64,000 nucleotides of DNA from Tubiluchus corallicola (Eukaryota > Animalia > Priapulida): the NCBI GenBank assembly GCA_030141605.1, contig JAQGDQ010002384.1, forward strand, positions 124,001 through 188,000, given 5' to 3'. Made by a program: the position numbers and the translations under genes. The notes beneath the pieces are model-generated. The model searched no databases. It had not been told where the DNA came from and worked only from the letters and a program-made list of their open reading frames with translations. Shown in pieces: positions 29,179 through 43,515 of this stretch; position 1 is the stretch's first letter; the number at the start of each line of letters is the position of its first letter.

Positions 29179-29829
29179 ACTTTTAAAACAGCAATCCGTT
29201 TTCAAAACACAAAAATTAAAAACAAAATCACAATTATTGTACATTAAGTTGTTTGTCTTTAAAACATTTGAAAGATCACGTTTCGTAAACAACAACACTG
29301 CGCATTACAGTCAAACTACACTGAATTAAACTAGACGCATCGACGCATGCACACTGCCATCTGTTTGAATACGTAATTTCGCGTGCAATTTAGATTTTGT
29401 TTTGGAAGATTTTGCAAAAAAAGTTTCTAAAATATTGCTAAATTAAACGCCTCTGGGTCTGTTTTTGCCAGCGCAGACTCAAGGTCTTAAAATGGCTGGC
29501 TTAAAATGTGACTAGGACAAGAACAAACTAATTGGCAAAACTTGAAAAGGTTGGGCAACTAAACTTACACAGCTTATAACACTCAAGGGAAATAAAAATT
29601 TTGGAGGGATGCTCGGTGACCTATGGTGGGTCAGTCAGGGTGGTAGTTGTTGGCTGCTTAAACTACAGGTGTTTGAAACTGAGTTACATAATAAAGTGTG
29701 TAGAGATTTAATACACGCCTCTAAATTGGTCACTCCAAGTGAGTGGGCGCGGCTGACAGAAGCCAAAATGTAAAATAAGGAGTCACAGGTTCGATGACCT
29801 GTTAAGAAATTACCAGCAGCCAAATTTTT

Positions 29830-30915
29830 GTTTTACAAAGTAGATACCTGAGGGCATTCTTATAGTAAACAGAGATTCTATCGAATAACGTTTAGAATTC
29901 AATAAGTAATTAAACAATGTTCAAGTCAGTTGACGGAGAAAGAAAAAACTTCAGAGACATTATACTGGGAGCCGACTAGGGCACAGATCCTAAATTTTAG
30001 ACTAAGCTTTTCAACATGTCTGTGAGCAGAATCCGCCAGTCTTATTTAAACGAACCAACTGAGATTGCACCAGCAAATGGTGCATTATTACATATGTACC
30101 AGCGAAATTACATGTTCTCTTAGCAGAATTAGCCAGTTTTATTTAAAAGAACCAACCGAAATGCACCGACAAATTTGCAAAACATGCCGACACAAGAAAA
30201 TGGGTTAACAGAAAAGACATTTTTGACGTAAGCATACAGCTCGAAGACTTTGGGAGTCTGGAAAAGAGTTTCATAACCTATATTGGATAACTTATAAATC
30301 ATATTCCTGGTGGCAATTGCCCGAAATGATACGTTGACGGTCGGTAATTTGGACAATACAAACGTCAAATATAATAAAAATGAAGTGGATAAATACATCA
30401 AAGTTTTATGGAGTAGAAAAATACAACATGTAAACCAGTAGACCGGTAATCCGCAAGAGATAATTCCTGTGTGGCTTAGAAAATAATGACATTCGGACCA
30501 TTTACAGAAAGAGAGACACTAATGTATATAGATATTGTAAAAGAACTAACCCAAAATGATCTTATAGTAAACTGATTATACAGGATACTGTGTTATATAC
30601 GAATGACATTAGCTTAACATTATTTATGTATGTAGAAGCTACAACATATACTATTTGTACATACAGTATAACATGTATAAACAATGTACGCAATTATTAG
30701 ATATATAATTAGAATTAATAAATCATAATGCAGTATTGTTAGCTTGTTTAGTAAGAAATTGTAACTGTGAAGAATTTAATGTAAAAATTTATTCAATGTA
30801 CATAATGTAAAGATTCATTTAACATTTTTGTACTTATGTGCCCTGCAAATAGCGGGCTTATTGTATCATTTTCAATAAAGATTTTTAATAATAATAATAA
30901 TAACAATAATAATAA
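29830..30915 (+). mobile_element. Decayed retroelement 3' portion with (AAT)n tail
   Basis: Broken coding-like stretch (ICKTC) then a TG/AT-rich UTR ending caataaagatttttaataataat. Family not assignable. Confidence 0.35.
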
Positions 30916-31944
30916 TTCCTGGTGGGGGACACTTTCAGCAGGTCAACCAGCAACTTTTAGTTTGTGATTAAAAGTCAAAGGCCAATTCGCAAAATTACAT
31001 CTCAAACACTAGAGGAATAAAGTTCAAAACTTAATAGTATTAAGCAACAGATTAGTGTGAGGACAGATTATAGAAGGAATCCCCGGCAGCACTGAATGTG
31101 TGATTGAGTTCAAAAGCTAATTTCTCAACTGACAAATAGCTTAAACAGTAACGAAAACTCAACATGTGGAATAAAAGCAAGCCAATTAATAAGTAAATTG
31201 ACGCGACGAAAATGTTAACGCCCTTCACTTGCAAGCCTTTGAGTTTCGTACAGTCTATCTGTGACGCTGCAGGACAGTGTCTTGCAACCCAGATCTATTT
31301 ACTTCATTATTACCTGAACAAAATGTCGCAGGTTGTATTTAAGTACAGTGATCGGAAACATGCATTGCCGAATTTTGATGATTAATCGCTAAAATAATTT
31401 TTGCTTGAATTAACGACTATGAATCCACTATGAGCTCATTGATTTGCCCTCACTGCCCCAAGTTTTTTTTAAATCAATTTGTGAAACGCAATGCTTCCTC
31501 GCTTTCCAGGTGCTAAACTCTGACCGTATAACAGACGTACAAACAAAGTCTTTTTCAACATTTTATTCGCGAAATATCACAATTACAACTTACGGGCAAA
31601 GGCTCGTGTTGCACAAGCTAAAGTTTTTAATCCTTTGGAGCTTAACGACACCACATTATTCAAAACTTAATAATGTTATTGAGCGCATAGCTGTGTTGTT
31701 TGAATACAATAGTATAGCACTATTACTCTTCCCTCCATTTTGCAAAAAAATCTTTGAGAGGCACAATAAATGCAAGTTTAAAGCAGCGCAGAAAACATTT
31801 TTTAAATTTAAGCTCAAATGAGTCTGCTGTAATTGGCGTAAATTTAGCGTAAAATTGCTGAGATACATAATTACGGCACACGTTATAGACTGAACTATCA
31901 CTACATACAGTGCAACACTAATGTTAGAAAATTTTCTATTAAAT

Positions 31945-32335
31945 ACAATGGAATTCAATTGCTCCAGCTATTAAAAATGCCAACTCGCTGCCCATATTTA
32001 AAAAAATTTATAAATTAAACTTACTTGAAACGTATAACTGATCACTCAATCATGATTTGTTGTTTTTCATTTTCAAAAACTTCCCCTCTAGTATAATAAT
32101 ATTTTTATTACTTCCCACCCGTATTTATATTTGTATATATTGTAATATTGTATCTGTATATATTGTAATTTTTTCGTAACTAATTCTAGTGGCCTACCAT
32201 AAGCTAGCTTCTTAGGTCTCTAGCGCAGAATTCATGAATTGTATCATAAGTTTGTATTAACAAAAACTGATTATCGATGCACATGTAATGTATATGTATA
32301 TGTTTATTGCGAAATAAATCTATTAAATCTAAAAA
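31945..32335 (+). mobile_element. CR1/Crack-like LINE 3' end
   Basis: WNSIAPAIKNANSLPIFKKIYKLNLLETY*, then a UTR ending gaaataaatctattaaatct. Confidence 0.6.
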
Positions 32336-32875
32336 AAATCTGACCAGTTGCATTTTATCTGTGTTTTATCACATACGCGTGTGCATTGTTAAGTACGTAT
32401 GAGATACCCGTGACGACCGCCAAAACGAACACAGCTTGTTTCACCTGCACAAAGCTTTTCATTATGGCATGGTATTTTAAATATGGTCTGGTTATCAGTA
32501 ATATCTACATTTGGCACCCAATCATGTGTTTCGTTCAGTCAGTGCTGCTTTAAATCTAGGAAGCCACAACAACAACGGAGCAATAATCATTTAACTAACC
32601 GAAGTCTAATACATTCTGAAATGTAGCAGTTTAACTGCTGCCAGCGTTTAACCTTTTCCAAACTTAAATCATTTAATCCAGGCCATTATCCCGGGCCACA
32701 AATTTCCATCTTTATTGCTCGCCGCATAATAACCGCCTAACACCTCACGACAATTTATGTAAAATATAAGCCGGTGCCGACATTTCCGTTTGTGAGCACT
32801 ATGCTGTGTTTTGTTGCTATGCTGTAATGGCTGATGCAGTCTGTTCAGCTTGAGAAGGGGGATTGGGGAGCAGTG

Positions 32876-33113
<238 letters not shown>

Positions 33114-33599
33114 AAAGCAGATATACCATTTTGTTTTCACAATAACACGTATAAAATAGACTAAACATGACCCATAAGTCCGAAGCGGTGTTTTATCCAG
33201 TGCCGTATTCACACTTGGTGAGGATATAAGCACTATATAAGGCTCTGAGGCCCTCTTTTTTTAAATTTCGCCAATTGGTCCCAGAAAACTTGAAAATATG
33301 CGTGGCTTAATTATTTATAGCAAAGAGAACAATACACTTGACTAAAACATTACTAAATTATTACTTAAATATAAAAATGGGTATAAAACCCAATCTGGAA
33401 CCTTGTTGAGGCCCCATGTAGATTGTGAGGCCCTAAGCTGTCGCTTACTCAGCTGATACCTAAACCCGGCGCAGGTTTTATCTTAGTCAGGCAAGTGATT
33501 AGTACGCATTCAACAAACGTGGGTGAATGCTAAGTTTGATCCCCTTGTGTTACATAACAGGAAATAAAAGTTTTGCTTATGAAATTTTTACAAATTACA

Positions 33600-34220
33600 G
33601 CAGGGTTCCAGAATTGGTCAGCTTCGACTTTAGAGGTCAAACAGATCATTCGGGAGGTCTAAAGTAGGTTTAAAAGAGGGTCGAAAACTGACATTCGTAT
33701 AGAAAATAAAAATACATAAAATACTAAGATAAAATATAATTTGTTTATACATTAATGCCTAACTCATATATAATCATAATTCATAAGTCTTGATTATCTA
33801 TTTATTTTATATTCAGTTTGCTAGTACACAATGATATCCATATTATGTTGTTATTATTATGGTAATAATTTATGATTAATTGGAACCAAAAGGCAATGGA
33901 CCGTTATAGTACCAATGTTTCTATATTTGGATAAATTGACTTACATTTTCTTTCCCTTTATCGTGTTCTATTATTTAAAAGACTCGATGTAATCATCATC
34001 AACACTGAAATCTTTTGATATTTGAAATTTTTTTAGTTCATTTTACTTCAAAACTGGGTTGTGGCAACGTTAGATAGAGTGTCCCGGGCTTCCTAGTTAC
34101 TTCATTTCCTGTCCTATTCACTTACGTCATTTCCTAGTTACGTCACTTCCTGTCCTACTCACTTACGCCAGATTTCATGAGGAGGTCGGTGGTTTAAAGA
34201 GTTTGGTTTTCTAAACTACA
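33600..34220. mobile_element. Degenerate hAT/Charlie-like non-autonomous element
   Basis: cagggttccagaattgg...aggtc start; ggaggtc...aaagagtttgg end. Ends decayed. Confidence 0.35.
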
Positions 34221-35874
34221 GGCTGCCAGTGAGTTGACTATTTCAAATACATCGCTTTATATGAAGTCAGATGTCATTTGAAGATCACTGATGACAATTG
34301 GATATATTCACAAAATTAGCAGCAAGCTTGTAAAAAATTCTCAAGAATTATGAAAAAAAATTTGGTCTATCATCCAGCATGGAAGCAGGCATGCGCTATT
34401 TTTCTTGCGCTTGTAGTATTAGTCAGTCCAACACTCGCATTTGTATTAGGATTCATAATGATGAAATTTGAGAAAAGCAATATATGTAAAGTACACACAA
34501 ATGAAACTTTGATGAAAATGCTGATAGGAGTAATATTATATGAAAGTCTAACGTCCGCGAGTCTACTTAGGGACACCCAATTGCCCTTGGACAGTTTCAT
34601 AAAGCAAAATATATCGTTTAACTGCAGGCAGCGGTTTTACGCATTATTAACTTTCTCCTCCTTCTCTGCTTTCTCCTCTTCTTCTGTGTCTCTTTTAAGG
34701 GCGTATAAACATAGTCAAACTCCAAGTGTTCAGCAGAACTCGGGAAACTTTTGATTGGCCCCTAAAGTGGTATTTTTGTACGGTAATTTAGTTATTTGCT
34801 CAAAATATACAGAAAAATTTACGCACGAAAAGAACATACGTACAAAACATATTCTGTATCTAAGTCAACATTTTTATTACGCTAGGTCTAACAACAGACA
34901 GCGAGTGCAAGTCTCCCCTTGGTGCTGCGGGCTGCCGTATCGGCTTTTAGTTATCCATATGCAACGGAATATTTTTCTGTTTCAAGACAAGTTTATACAG
35001 TTTCAAGACAAACTTTTATTGCTTGGAAACAGTTTGTACTTTGGAAGTTTAGAAGTGGGACTTTGCTTGCTTTGTTAAATTTAAGTTTGTTCTGAAATTA
35101 AATGTTTGTAGTGGATTAGCGTGCCCTCGTAAGACAAGGACAACATTTATTTGCTGTCGCTTGTTTAATAGACAACACTTGCACTAACAGTTATTTAGCG
35201 GCTTATACTTAAAACAATATGGATAAGGACACTTAAACACGAATATGTAGGGTATGTGCCCTGACATTGGTAGCCGGTAGTCTCGAACTCAAGACTGCAT
35301 GTCCGAAATCTAGACCAGTCGGCCAACCAACCCAAGACAATGCTGCTACGTCAATTATTACTTCGGGTCTTCCTTAAATTTTTTCCAACTTCTAATTTCT
35401 GAACACTCCGTTCAAGACTAGAATAATCTCCTCTCGATAAGAAGTTGACCAACAAGCACTTTCCACGATTTTTCGGGCGCCATAATTCAGTAAGCTCGCA
35501 AGACCATAAAAAACTTTTAGCGTCAAGTTTCAGCTTCTGTTTGCAAACAATATTATTTCTGAAAAATTGTATTCATCTTATTTAATCTTGCATAATCCTC
35601 GACAAATTTCGTTGAGCCACTTCATAAAATAATCCTTGCTAAATCCGCCGATATTCTTTCACGGCGATCAACAGCAATCTTTCTGTCGTCATTAGTGGGT
35701 TCTTACTGCACAATAACTTTTTCATAGCGGATTATCAGAATGAATGTGATTGGAGCTTCCTCTGATTAGCAAAGGGAAGTCTTCCATTCTTTATGAGTGT
35801 TTGTTGTCGTGCAATCATTGACTACTGCAGAGATTATGCAAAGAAAACTTAGCCTGGTGGATAAGAGTAGAATT

Positions 35875-36250
35875 TATCATCATCATCATCATCATCATCT
35901 ACATCATCATCATCATCATCACCATCACCATCATCATCATCATCATCACCATCATTGTCATCGTCACCATCGTCGTCGTCATCGTCGTTTTCATCATCAT
36001 CATCAACAACATCACCATCATCATTACATCGTCGTCGTCATCGTCGTTTTCATTATCATTATCATTGTCGTCGTCGTCGTCATCATCATCATCATCCTCA
36101 TCACCATTATCGTCATGATCATGATCATGATGATGATCATCATCACCATCATTGTCATCGTCATCATCGTCGTCGTCATCGTCGTTTTCATCATCATCAT
36201 CGTCATCATCATCATCATCAACATCACCATCACCATTACATCGTCATCGT
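35875..36250. repeat. (CAT/CGT)n trinucleotide array
   Basis: Direct reading. Confidence 0.95.
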
Positions 36251-37843
36251 TATTTCGCGTCGTCACTATTGTTTTCGTCACTTCTCAGAACATTATTCCC
36301 CTATAGTTATAATATTGCTATAATACGCAAAACCGTCTTACAACAACTATACCTCCTTCATTCTTTTTTCATCCTTCAAACATCAACATCACTCACCAAT
36401 GTTTTCATCGTCGTCGTCGTCGTCGGTAGCTCATTGTCGATGTCATCTGTTCTTGTTATCATTGCCAGTAACTTTGTCTGTTTTTAATCTACCCTTTGCT
36501 AGTTTGGTTTTGTTTTATGACGCAGATTTGCACGTTTATAGAAATACAATCTAGACGAGCGCATCCCTTCTCATTAAATGCAACACTTAGAGAGAAATGT
36601 GCTGGTAAATTGTTTCTAAACAACCCTAATTGTTGAGTTGAACAAACATTAAAAGCCTTGTAGGTAAAGGCGAAATTACTTGCATTTGCACAATTATTTT
36701 AACATACAAACTACATGTATTTTTACAAGCAAATGAAAAAAAATTGTAATCAAATCTTATCTCTGGCCTTCAGGTGTGAAAATAAATTGATAAAGTGGGT
36801 GTTATGGTGGCCATAAGAACGGAAGAAACGTGATAATGGTAAAGGTACTTTCACATGCATACAGAATGTGCTGCGATGATGTCGATCGGGCAGACGATTA
36901 TTCACTTGTTTCGTTGGAAGTACATTCCGTAAAAATATGAAAGCACCTTTAGTTATTATATAGTCAGAAATTTATTTTATCGTAAAAATAAGCTTCGATG
37001 AGATTGCTGTATTACAAAGAAAGTTCTTAGAAAACAAAAATATTGCCGCATGAAATAAATGTAATATCGCGCAACAAAACAAAGTTGCCAACGAAAGTGT
37101 TTTAAATAATTATCTGATAAAAGTAAACAAGTTACTATTGGATGAAGCTTGAAATATTGTCTAAAACAAATACTAGGCATCATTTCGAATTTCGAATAAT
37201 GCTGGAAAAATATGCAGGTCACGACAAGTGATCGTCACAACAGAATGTGCTTTTTCTGTTTTTTTTTCACTGAAAACTCAACAGTTATTTTAATTAGAAT
37301 AAAACGATAATAGTCTTTAAAAACAAATTACCAAAAAGCTCCCTTCGCTTGTAAGCCTATAATTTCTCCAATGGGCTTTCTTGATTTTTTTCGGTGAATT
37401 TTTTCAACCAATCACCATTCTTACTGGGTAATGAGCTTGAGCTCTTACAAATTAGAAAAGTTTCACAAGAGTTCACTGCTGTACCTGAAGATTATAGTCC
37501 CTATACGACGTCCTCATAACATTAATTTTAAATACGTAATTGTTAAATTATTATTTAAAGATAGTCACGTGTGTCTCTTCTTTCCCATTATTGAACATTA
37601 TTTTATTATAAACTAACACATTCGTACAATAATTCAATTTTCATTCGTCTTAAATGCAAAATTTGATAATTTTTAATTACCTGGTACATGCGCATTAACT
37701 AATTAATTATATTAGTAACAATTCTTACCTATGTTAGGGTGCAATGAACAATTCACCTTACAATAAGGCTACAGATGAATCTGCCATTGGCTCTATTTTA
37801 GTGTTTAAAATGAATGATTACCGTTAGAAGTGTGCATACTTAC

Positions 37844-38114
37844 TTGCAAATAAACTATTGACTAGATTAAAAGGTAAACAGAAGAGCAACACCAATATGT
37901 CCGCCGCCGCAAGGTTAGCAATGAAAAGATTGGTAACGTTCCACATGTGTGGACTTCGAATCACCACAGCTAACACAAAACTGTTTCCAACCACTCCCAC
38001 AATGAACACTATCACGTACGCCATTGTTAGAAACACTATTTCCCAGTTATGGTCCAATTTTAGCTCCGTGCTGTAGGATAAGTTAGTTCTCGATATATCG
38101 GTGGAATTCGACAT
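37844..38114 (-). CDS. Neuropeptide GPCR (SIFamide/NPFF-receptor-like), coding exon 1: N-terminus, TM1, ICL1, TM2
   Basis: [14 protein letters not shown]...[52 protein letters not shown]. Shows GN (TM1), TNxFIxNLAxAD (TM2) and N-glycosylation sequons NST and NLS. Donor GCAA|GTAAGT at 37844/37843, phase 1. An upstream acceptor (ttcttttcttttcttatag| at 38227) implies a further 5'UTR exon. Confidence 0.93.
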
Positions 38115-38659
38115 GTTTTGGAATAATATGGTCGCCAGTAAAAGCAAATTAACGTTCAGCGTCCACTGAAGTATGACTGCTGCCGCTAGCCACTGGTGAT
38201 TAATGAAGAGACTGGTCCTTCAGGTCACTATAAGAAAAGAAAAGAACTTCGTAAAGAAGAATTTTGATTTTTTACAGCTTCCTACTAGATAAAAACTAGG
38301 AAAAATATTTATTAATGGTAAATGACATTAACATTATCGCGATTAACATTATCGTTTATTTTCATAAGCAGTTGTGTAATGCATCTTATATTATGTACGT
38401 ATAAATAATGTAATGTACATACCCTCATAACGTTTCTTGTATATATTTCTTGCATATACAATATATATTGTATATATATACAGGGCCTAGTATATTTTTC
38501 ACGGTCATAAACTCTAACCTCACTATCAACAACAATGCAAAAGGTAAAGAACAATGTTGATATCGATCCCTTCCCCAATTCTACCTAGCCAATCACAAGA
38601 CAGGTCACGTGACTTTCACAGAAATTATACCTGGTTCTACATTATACATAATGGTAATC

Positions 38660-38888
38660 CCCCAATTCGCCAGTTATCTTTTCGCCAGTCTACTTTTTCG
38701 TCAGTGCACTTTTTCGCCAGTCTACTTTTTCGCTAGTGCAATTTTTCGCCAGTCTACTTTTTCGCCAGTGCACTTTTTCGCCAGTCTACTTTTTCGCCAG
38801 TGCACTTTTTCGCCAGTCTACTTTTTCACCAGTGCACTTTTTCACCAATTACTTTTTCGCCTGGCGAAAAAAGTAGACTGGCGAAACG
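38660..38888. repeat. ~16-bp tandem array (TTTTCGCCAGTCTAC/TGCAC) with inverted terminal units; foldback/MITE-like
   Basis: About 11 direct units followed by ctggcgaaaaaagtagactggcgaaac, the reverse complement of the unit. Confidence 0.8.
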
Positions 38889-40429
38889 ATATACAATCAT
38901 ACATAATAAACCCTGTCCTAGTAAAAGTTTTCAACAGAAACAACACTGCACGCGAGTTCTTCAAATGGAAAAAGAACTTTCTCTTGGAAATTCAACAATC
39001 TAAACCACACACGCAGCGCCGCCAAGCGTATCAGACGTGCAAGATTACACCATTTTCCTCTTCAGTGTAAAATCAATAAAAACTTTTCATCAAAATACTA
39101 ATCATTAGTAGCTTCTCAAGAATCTGTAATTGAGTTCAATCACTGACTAGTGAAACACGGGATGAATCTAAAGCGGGCATTCTTGCTTTTTGGTCATTAT
39201 CATGAAATCTATCAAACTGTAACGCTTAGCATTTTACATGCTTTATCTATTAGCTCTGACATTCGAAGCATTGCTGACAATCGTGTAACCTTACCATAAG
39301 AGTCTCAATGGAATTTGAACATGACAAGCAAATGTAAGTTCGCCTGTGTCAAAGACAAAAATCTCAACAGCTACTGCGCAGACGGAAAGATAACTATTGC
39401 GCATTTACTTTTAGATTTTACAATGCCAATGTGTACATGTACATACAGAACAATATGTAATATACAAAGTTTATAAATCATCAGCACATGAAGACACAAC
39501 AAGTCGAAATTGTAAGAAAACTTGTGCAGAGTGAACTTAACAAATGAGTGGACACAAAAAAGATAATTTAAAAAAAGAAAAAATGGTGATGAAAAAAACA
39601 CAAAAACGAGAAATTGGGACACAGACATATAAGTTGCCGTCAATATTAACTTTTTTTTGTCATAACTGACTAACTGACGCACTACCATCATTATCTTAAT
39701 CATCGTCGTTGCCACTGCGGTCGTTGTGGTCACTGTTATCGTCAAAATAATTATCATCATCATCATCGTCATGATGCCGCCGCCGTCGTTGTTGTTGTTG
39801 TTGTTGTTGTCGTCGTCGTTATCATCACCACCACCATAACCATCATTTTTCTTTTTGCTTCTCTTCTTTTCACAAATTTCGTTTTTTGTTTTAGCGTTTC
39901 TCTTTTTTAATAGCTAAAAACACGTATCAGCAGCATCTGTATTATATTACTCTGATTTGCTTTGAGTGAATTAAAAACATTTGCCTTTGATTAGAGAATC
40001 CCCGTTCAAAAGAGGCATAACAAGATTACTAGAGCAATCATAAAGAACGCAACATGGTAATTAACACGGTATTTTTGATTTGGTTTGTAATCATACCGCT
40101 TTATTGCTGAAAAAATAATTAAAACGATGAACGAGTATGAGTCATAAAGTCTAATTACACTCGACGCTTTGAGTGGGTCGGATACAAGTTCACTTTAGAC
40201 TTGTCTTTTGTGACGGAACGGAAGTGTACGAGAAAATTAAAATTTAACGCGTTGCATAATAATTATATTATAATTAATTGAAGGCGTGGTACGTTTGAGT
40301 CGATCTAACCACGTGACTGGGTTTAAAATCAATCTAATGTTTCCAATAATATTCTGTTGTTAACTTCCAGCTATAGTGACTTTAATTTTCAATGTTTTAT
40401 GTTGCAAAACATTTTTTGTAAACATTTAT

Positions 40430-40810
40430 TTGAAATAATTGCCTTTAGCAAATAAATGCTGATCAAATTGCTTCAGGCTGCAAAATTTACAGGAGTGCAG
40501 TTTGACAGGAAAAACAAATCTATCACAAAATATACATAACTATTCCAATTGTTAATTATGATAATTAAAACGGTTAGATGAACCAATATATTGCTGCACC
40601 AGATCAAATAGAATGATGTTCTGTTCATAACTTAGTAGTGAACTACCTGAAAGAAAAACTGAAGTTTCTAATTGTGGGTTAAAGTTATTTATATTAAAAG
40701 GTAATGTGTTTGTTTGGTATAGGTTTGTTAGTCGTTCTTTGAGGTCCTCTCTACTAGCAACATGCAAAGGGCAATCGAGCAAAAAATGTTTAATACTTTC
40801 AAAACACTTT
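40430..40810 (-). mobile_element. CR1-group LINE 3' end
   Basis: ESIKHFLLDCPLH..RE.L...FLSGSSLLSYEQNIILFDLVQQYIGSSNRF*. Confidence 0.7.
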
Positions 40811-41342
40811 AAATCTGAAAACAGGCTACCTGTTGAAATTGTAGACATAATTTAAGAGCTAGACACATTTTTTGCTATTGCTTCTTTTGCTGAAACTGTT
40901 GTTGTTACCACAGCTATTGTTGCTGCAGTTGTTACTGTCTTCTAGATGTGGCAACTGATTTTATTGGGGGTCCTACTCAGCAAATTTTATACCTATAAGG
41001 CAAAAATAAGGAACTTCCGTCTAAAAACAGTAACGAATATTCAGACATATCCAAACCCTAAGGTCCGCGCAGACATGTAAAACTTAAGAAACTGTTGATT
41101 AACTATCTGCATAACATTTCAACAATAGTTGATTCTAAATTAAAAGGTACGACTTATTTTGCTAAGAATTAGTGTATTCAATTAGCACTGTGAAACATAT
41201 GTAGATGTGTTTGTCATAAATTATGGTATTTTTTAATATACTGCGCTTAAAAAGAACCCTGTAATTGTAGGGACGTGTTCCTGTATGCCTTGTTTTTTTA
41301 ATTGTGTCATTTATTAATTGTACTTGAGCTTATGTTTGTAAA

Positions 41343-41450
<108 letters not shown>

Positions 41451-41649
41451 ATCTTTCATCGCTAAACAACATTTGTATTAATATTTCGAGTCTTTTAACT
41501 GCATAGATGGCTCCATTCGTTCACTTTTAAGCAGTTTTTGTTATTAAGGTAGCATATCACATTATGGTGCAGCTGCTACACCAATTGAGCTTAAATTTTG
41601 CATGGATTATATTGTAAAATATGCCCACAGTATAGTAAGAGAAGGCCAA

Positions 41650-41820
41650 AGATAAGAGTCGTTTCTCTCAGGTAATGCTGTAACGCTTCTCCACTTGATG
41701 TCGAGCTTACGCAGCAGTTCATCAAAACTATTTGAACTCATCCGATAATAACTAAATTACTCGGATGAAGCCAGTAAAAGTGGTCATAGAGCTTATAAAA
41801 TCGCCCTTTCACTAATCGCT
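41650..41820 (-). pseudogene. PIF/Harbinger transposase fragment (frameshifted)
   Basis: RLVKGRFYKLYDH, then a frameshift, then FSYYRMSSNSFDELLRKL; matches the N-terminal Harbinger motif R..G.F..LY...F.YYRMS..SFDELL. Confidence 0.65.
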
Positions 41821-42318
41821 GACTACCTCTTCAATCTTCATAGCGCCAGTTGCGCAATTTAAAATTGCTTGTCTGGGGGTGCGATTTTGGTGCACGAGTA
41901 AAATTGCTACAATTTTCGGCTGCACAACTTTTAATTGCGCAACTGAAAATTGCACATCTACGCGGGGACTAATAAGCTTGAAATTTAGTTCAACACGTTT
42001 GTTCTTCTCGTTATACAAACGAGAAGTGAGGATCCCGCTGCTAAATGAACTGCCCCAGGCCTGCCCAAGCTCATATAAAGTAATTGATGAAGAATTTGTT
42101 AAATGGCGCACAAAACGGTATAAAAGTAAAAATAGTGCGCGCACATCAATTCATGGTTAATTAAGCGCATAATTTTACAAGTTTTGCGCAATTATAAGGC
42201 AAGATTTTGCCAATTTTAATGTAGCAAATGAAACGACATCGCAATAAACGTACCCAAGATTTTATACATTTCGTAATTAGAAATAGCAAATGAGTAGTAC
42301 AAAGAAGCGCCTTTTTTA

Positions 42319-43160
42319 TTGTTGTTGTTGCTGCTGCTGCTACTACTGTTGCTGTTGTTGCTGTTGTTGTTGTTGCTGTTACTGCTGTTGCTGCTGTTGT
42401 TGTTGTTGCTGTTGTTGTTGTTGTTGTTGCTGTTGCTGTTGCTGCTGCTCTTGTTGTTTTTGTTGTTGCTGCTGTTGTTGTTGTTGTTGCTGTTGCTGCT
42501 GCTGTAGTTGCTGCTACTGCCGTTGCCGCTATTGCTGTTGCTATTCCTGTAGCTGTTGTTGTTGTTTTTGTTGTTGCTGTTGTTGTTGTCGTTGTCGTTG
42601 TCATTGTCATTTTCGTCATTGCCGTTGTTGTTGTTGTCACTGCTGCTGTTGCCATTGCCGCTATTGCTGTAGCTGTTGTTGTTGTTTTTGTTGTTGCTGT
42701 TGTTGTTGTCGTTGTTGTTGTTGTTTTTGTTGTTGCTGTTGTTGTTGTCGTTGTTGTTGTGATTGTCATTGTCGCCATTGCCGTTGTTGTTGTTGTCACT
42801 GCTGCTGCTGCCGTTGCCGCTATTGCTGTTGCTATTCCTGTAGCTGTTGTTGTTGTCGTTGTTGTTGTTATCACTGTCGCTGTCACTGTTGTTGTTGTTG
42901 TTGCTGCTGCTGTTGTTGTTGTCGTTGTTGTTGTGGTTGTTGCTGCTGGTGTTGTCATTGCCGCTATTGCTGTTGCTGTTCCTGTAGCTGTTGTTGTTGT
43001 CGTTGTCGTTGTCGCTGTCGCTGTTGCTGTTATTGTTGTTGTTGTTGTTGTTGTCATCGTAGTTGTTGCTGCTGCACATGCAGTTACCGCTATTGCTGTT
43101 CCTGTTCCTGTAGCTGTTGTTGTTTTTGTTGTTGTCGCTGTCACTGTCGGTGTCGCTGTA
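42319..43160. repeat. (GTT/GCT)n array with higher-order repeat
   Basis: Motif gccgctattgctgt...tgtagctgttgttg recurs near 42525, 42657, 42816, 42960 and 43087. Confidence 0.9.
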
Positions 43161-43440
43161 CACGTTTAGTAGTTTTATTACCAGGTGTGGCAATAATGTG
43201 TATTTCTAGGACTGACTCTAATAAGAAAGCTGCCGGCGATAAGTTCACGCCATGCTTAAAAGTAATTATTGAGAATTAGCGACGTTATTTAATTCTTAAC
43301 TCTCAGTGGATGTTAAAGGTACTGAAATGTTATCCTACAGAGCAAAAAGTAGATCTCGATGCGGTAATTTTCAAATCTCAGTCAGTAGAAGAAGCTCTTA
43401 ACTTGAAAGAATTAACATTCTGTATATCGCGTATAATGTC

Positions 43441-43480
43441 GATAACGATAACGATAACGATTACCACAACCATAACCATA

Positions 43481-43515
<35 letters not shown>

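Noticed and set aside
34350-35790. Cluster of 76-134 aa ORFs and coding-like DNA
   Set aside because: No recognisable motif, and stops interrupt the frames I checked. Possibly a decayed transposon, but not assignable.
38609-39070. 153-aa ORF with repeated FASLLFRQ
   Set aside because: Translation of the 16-bp tandem array; no protein signature.
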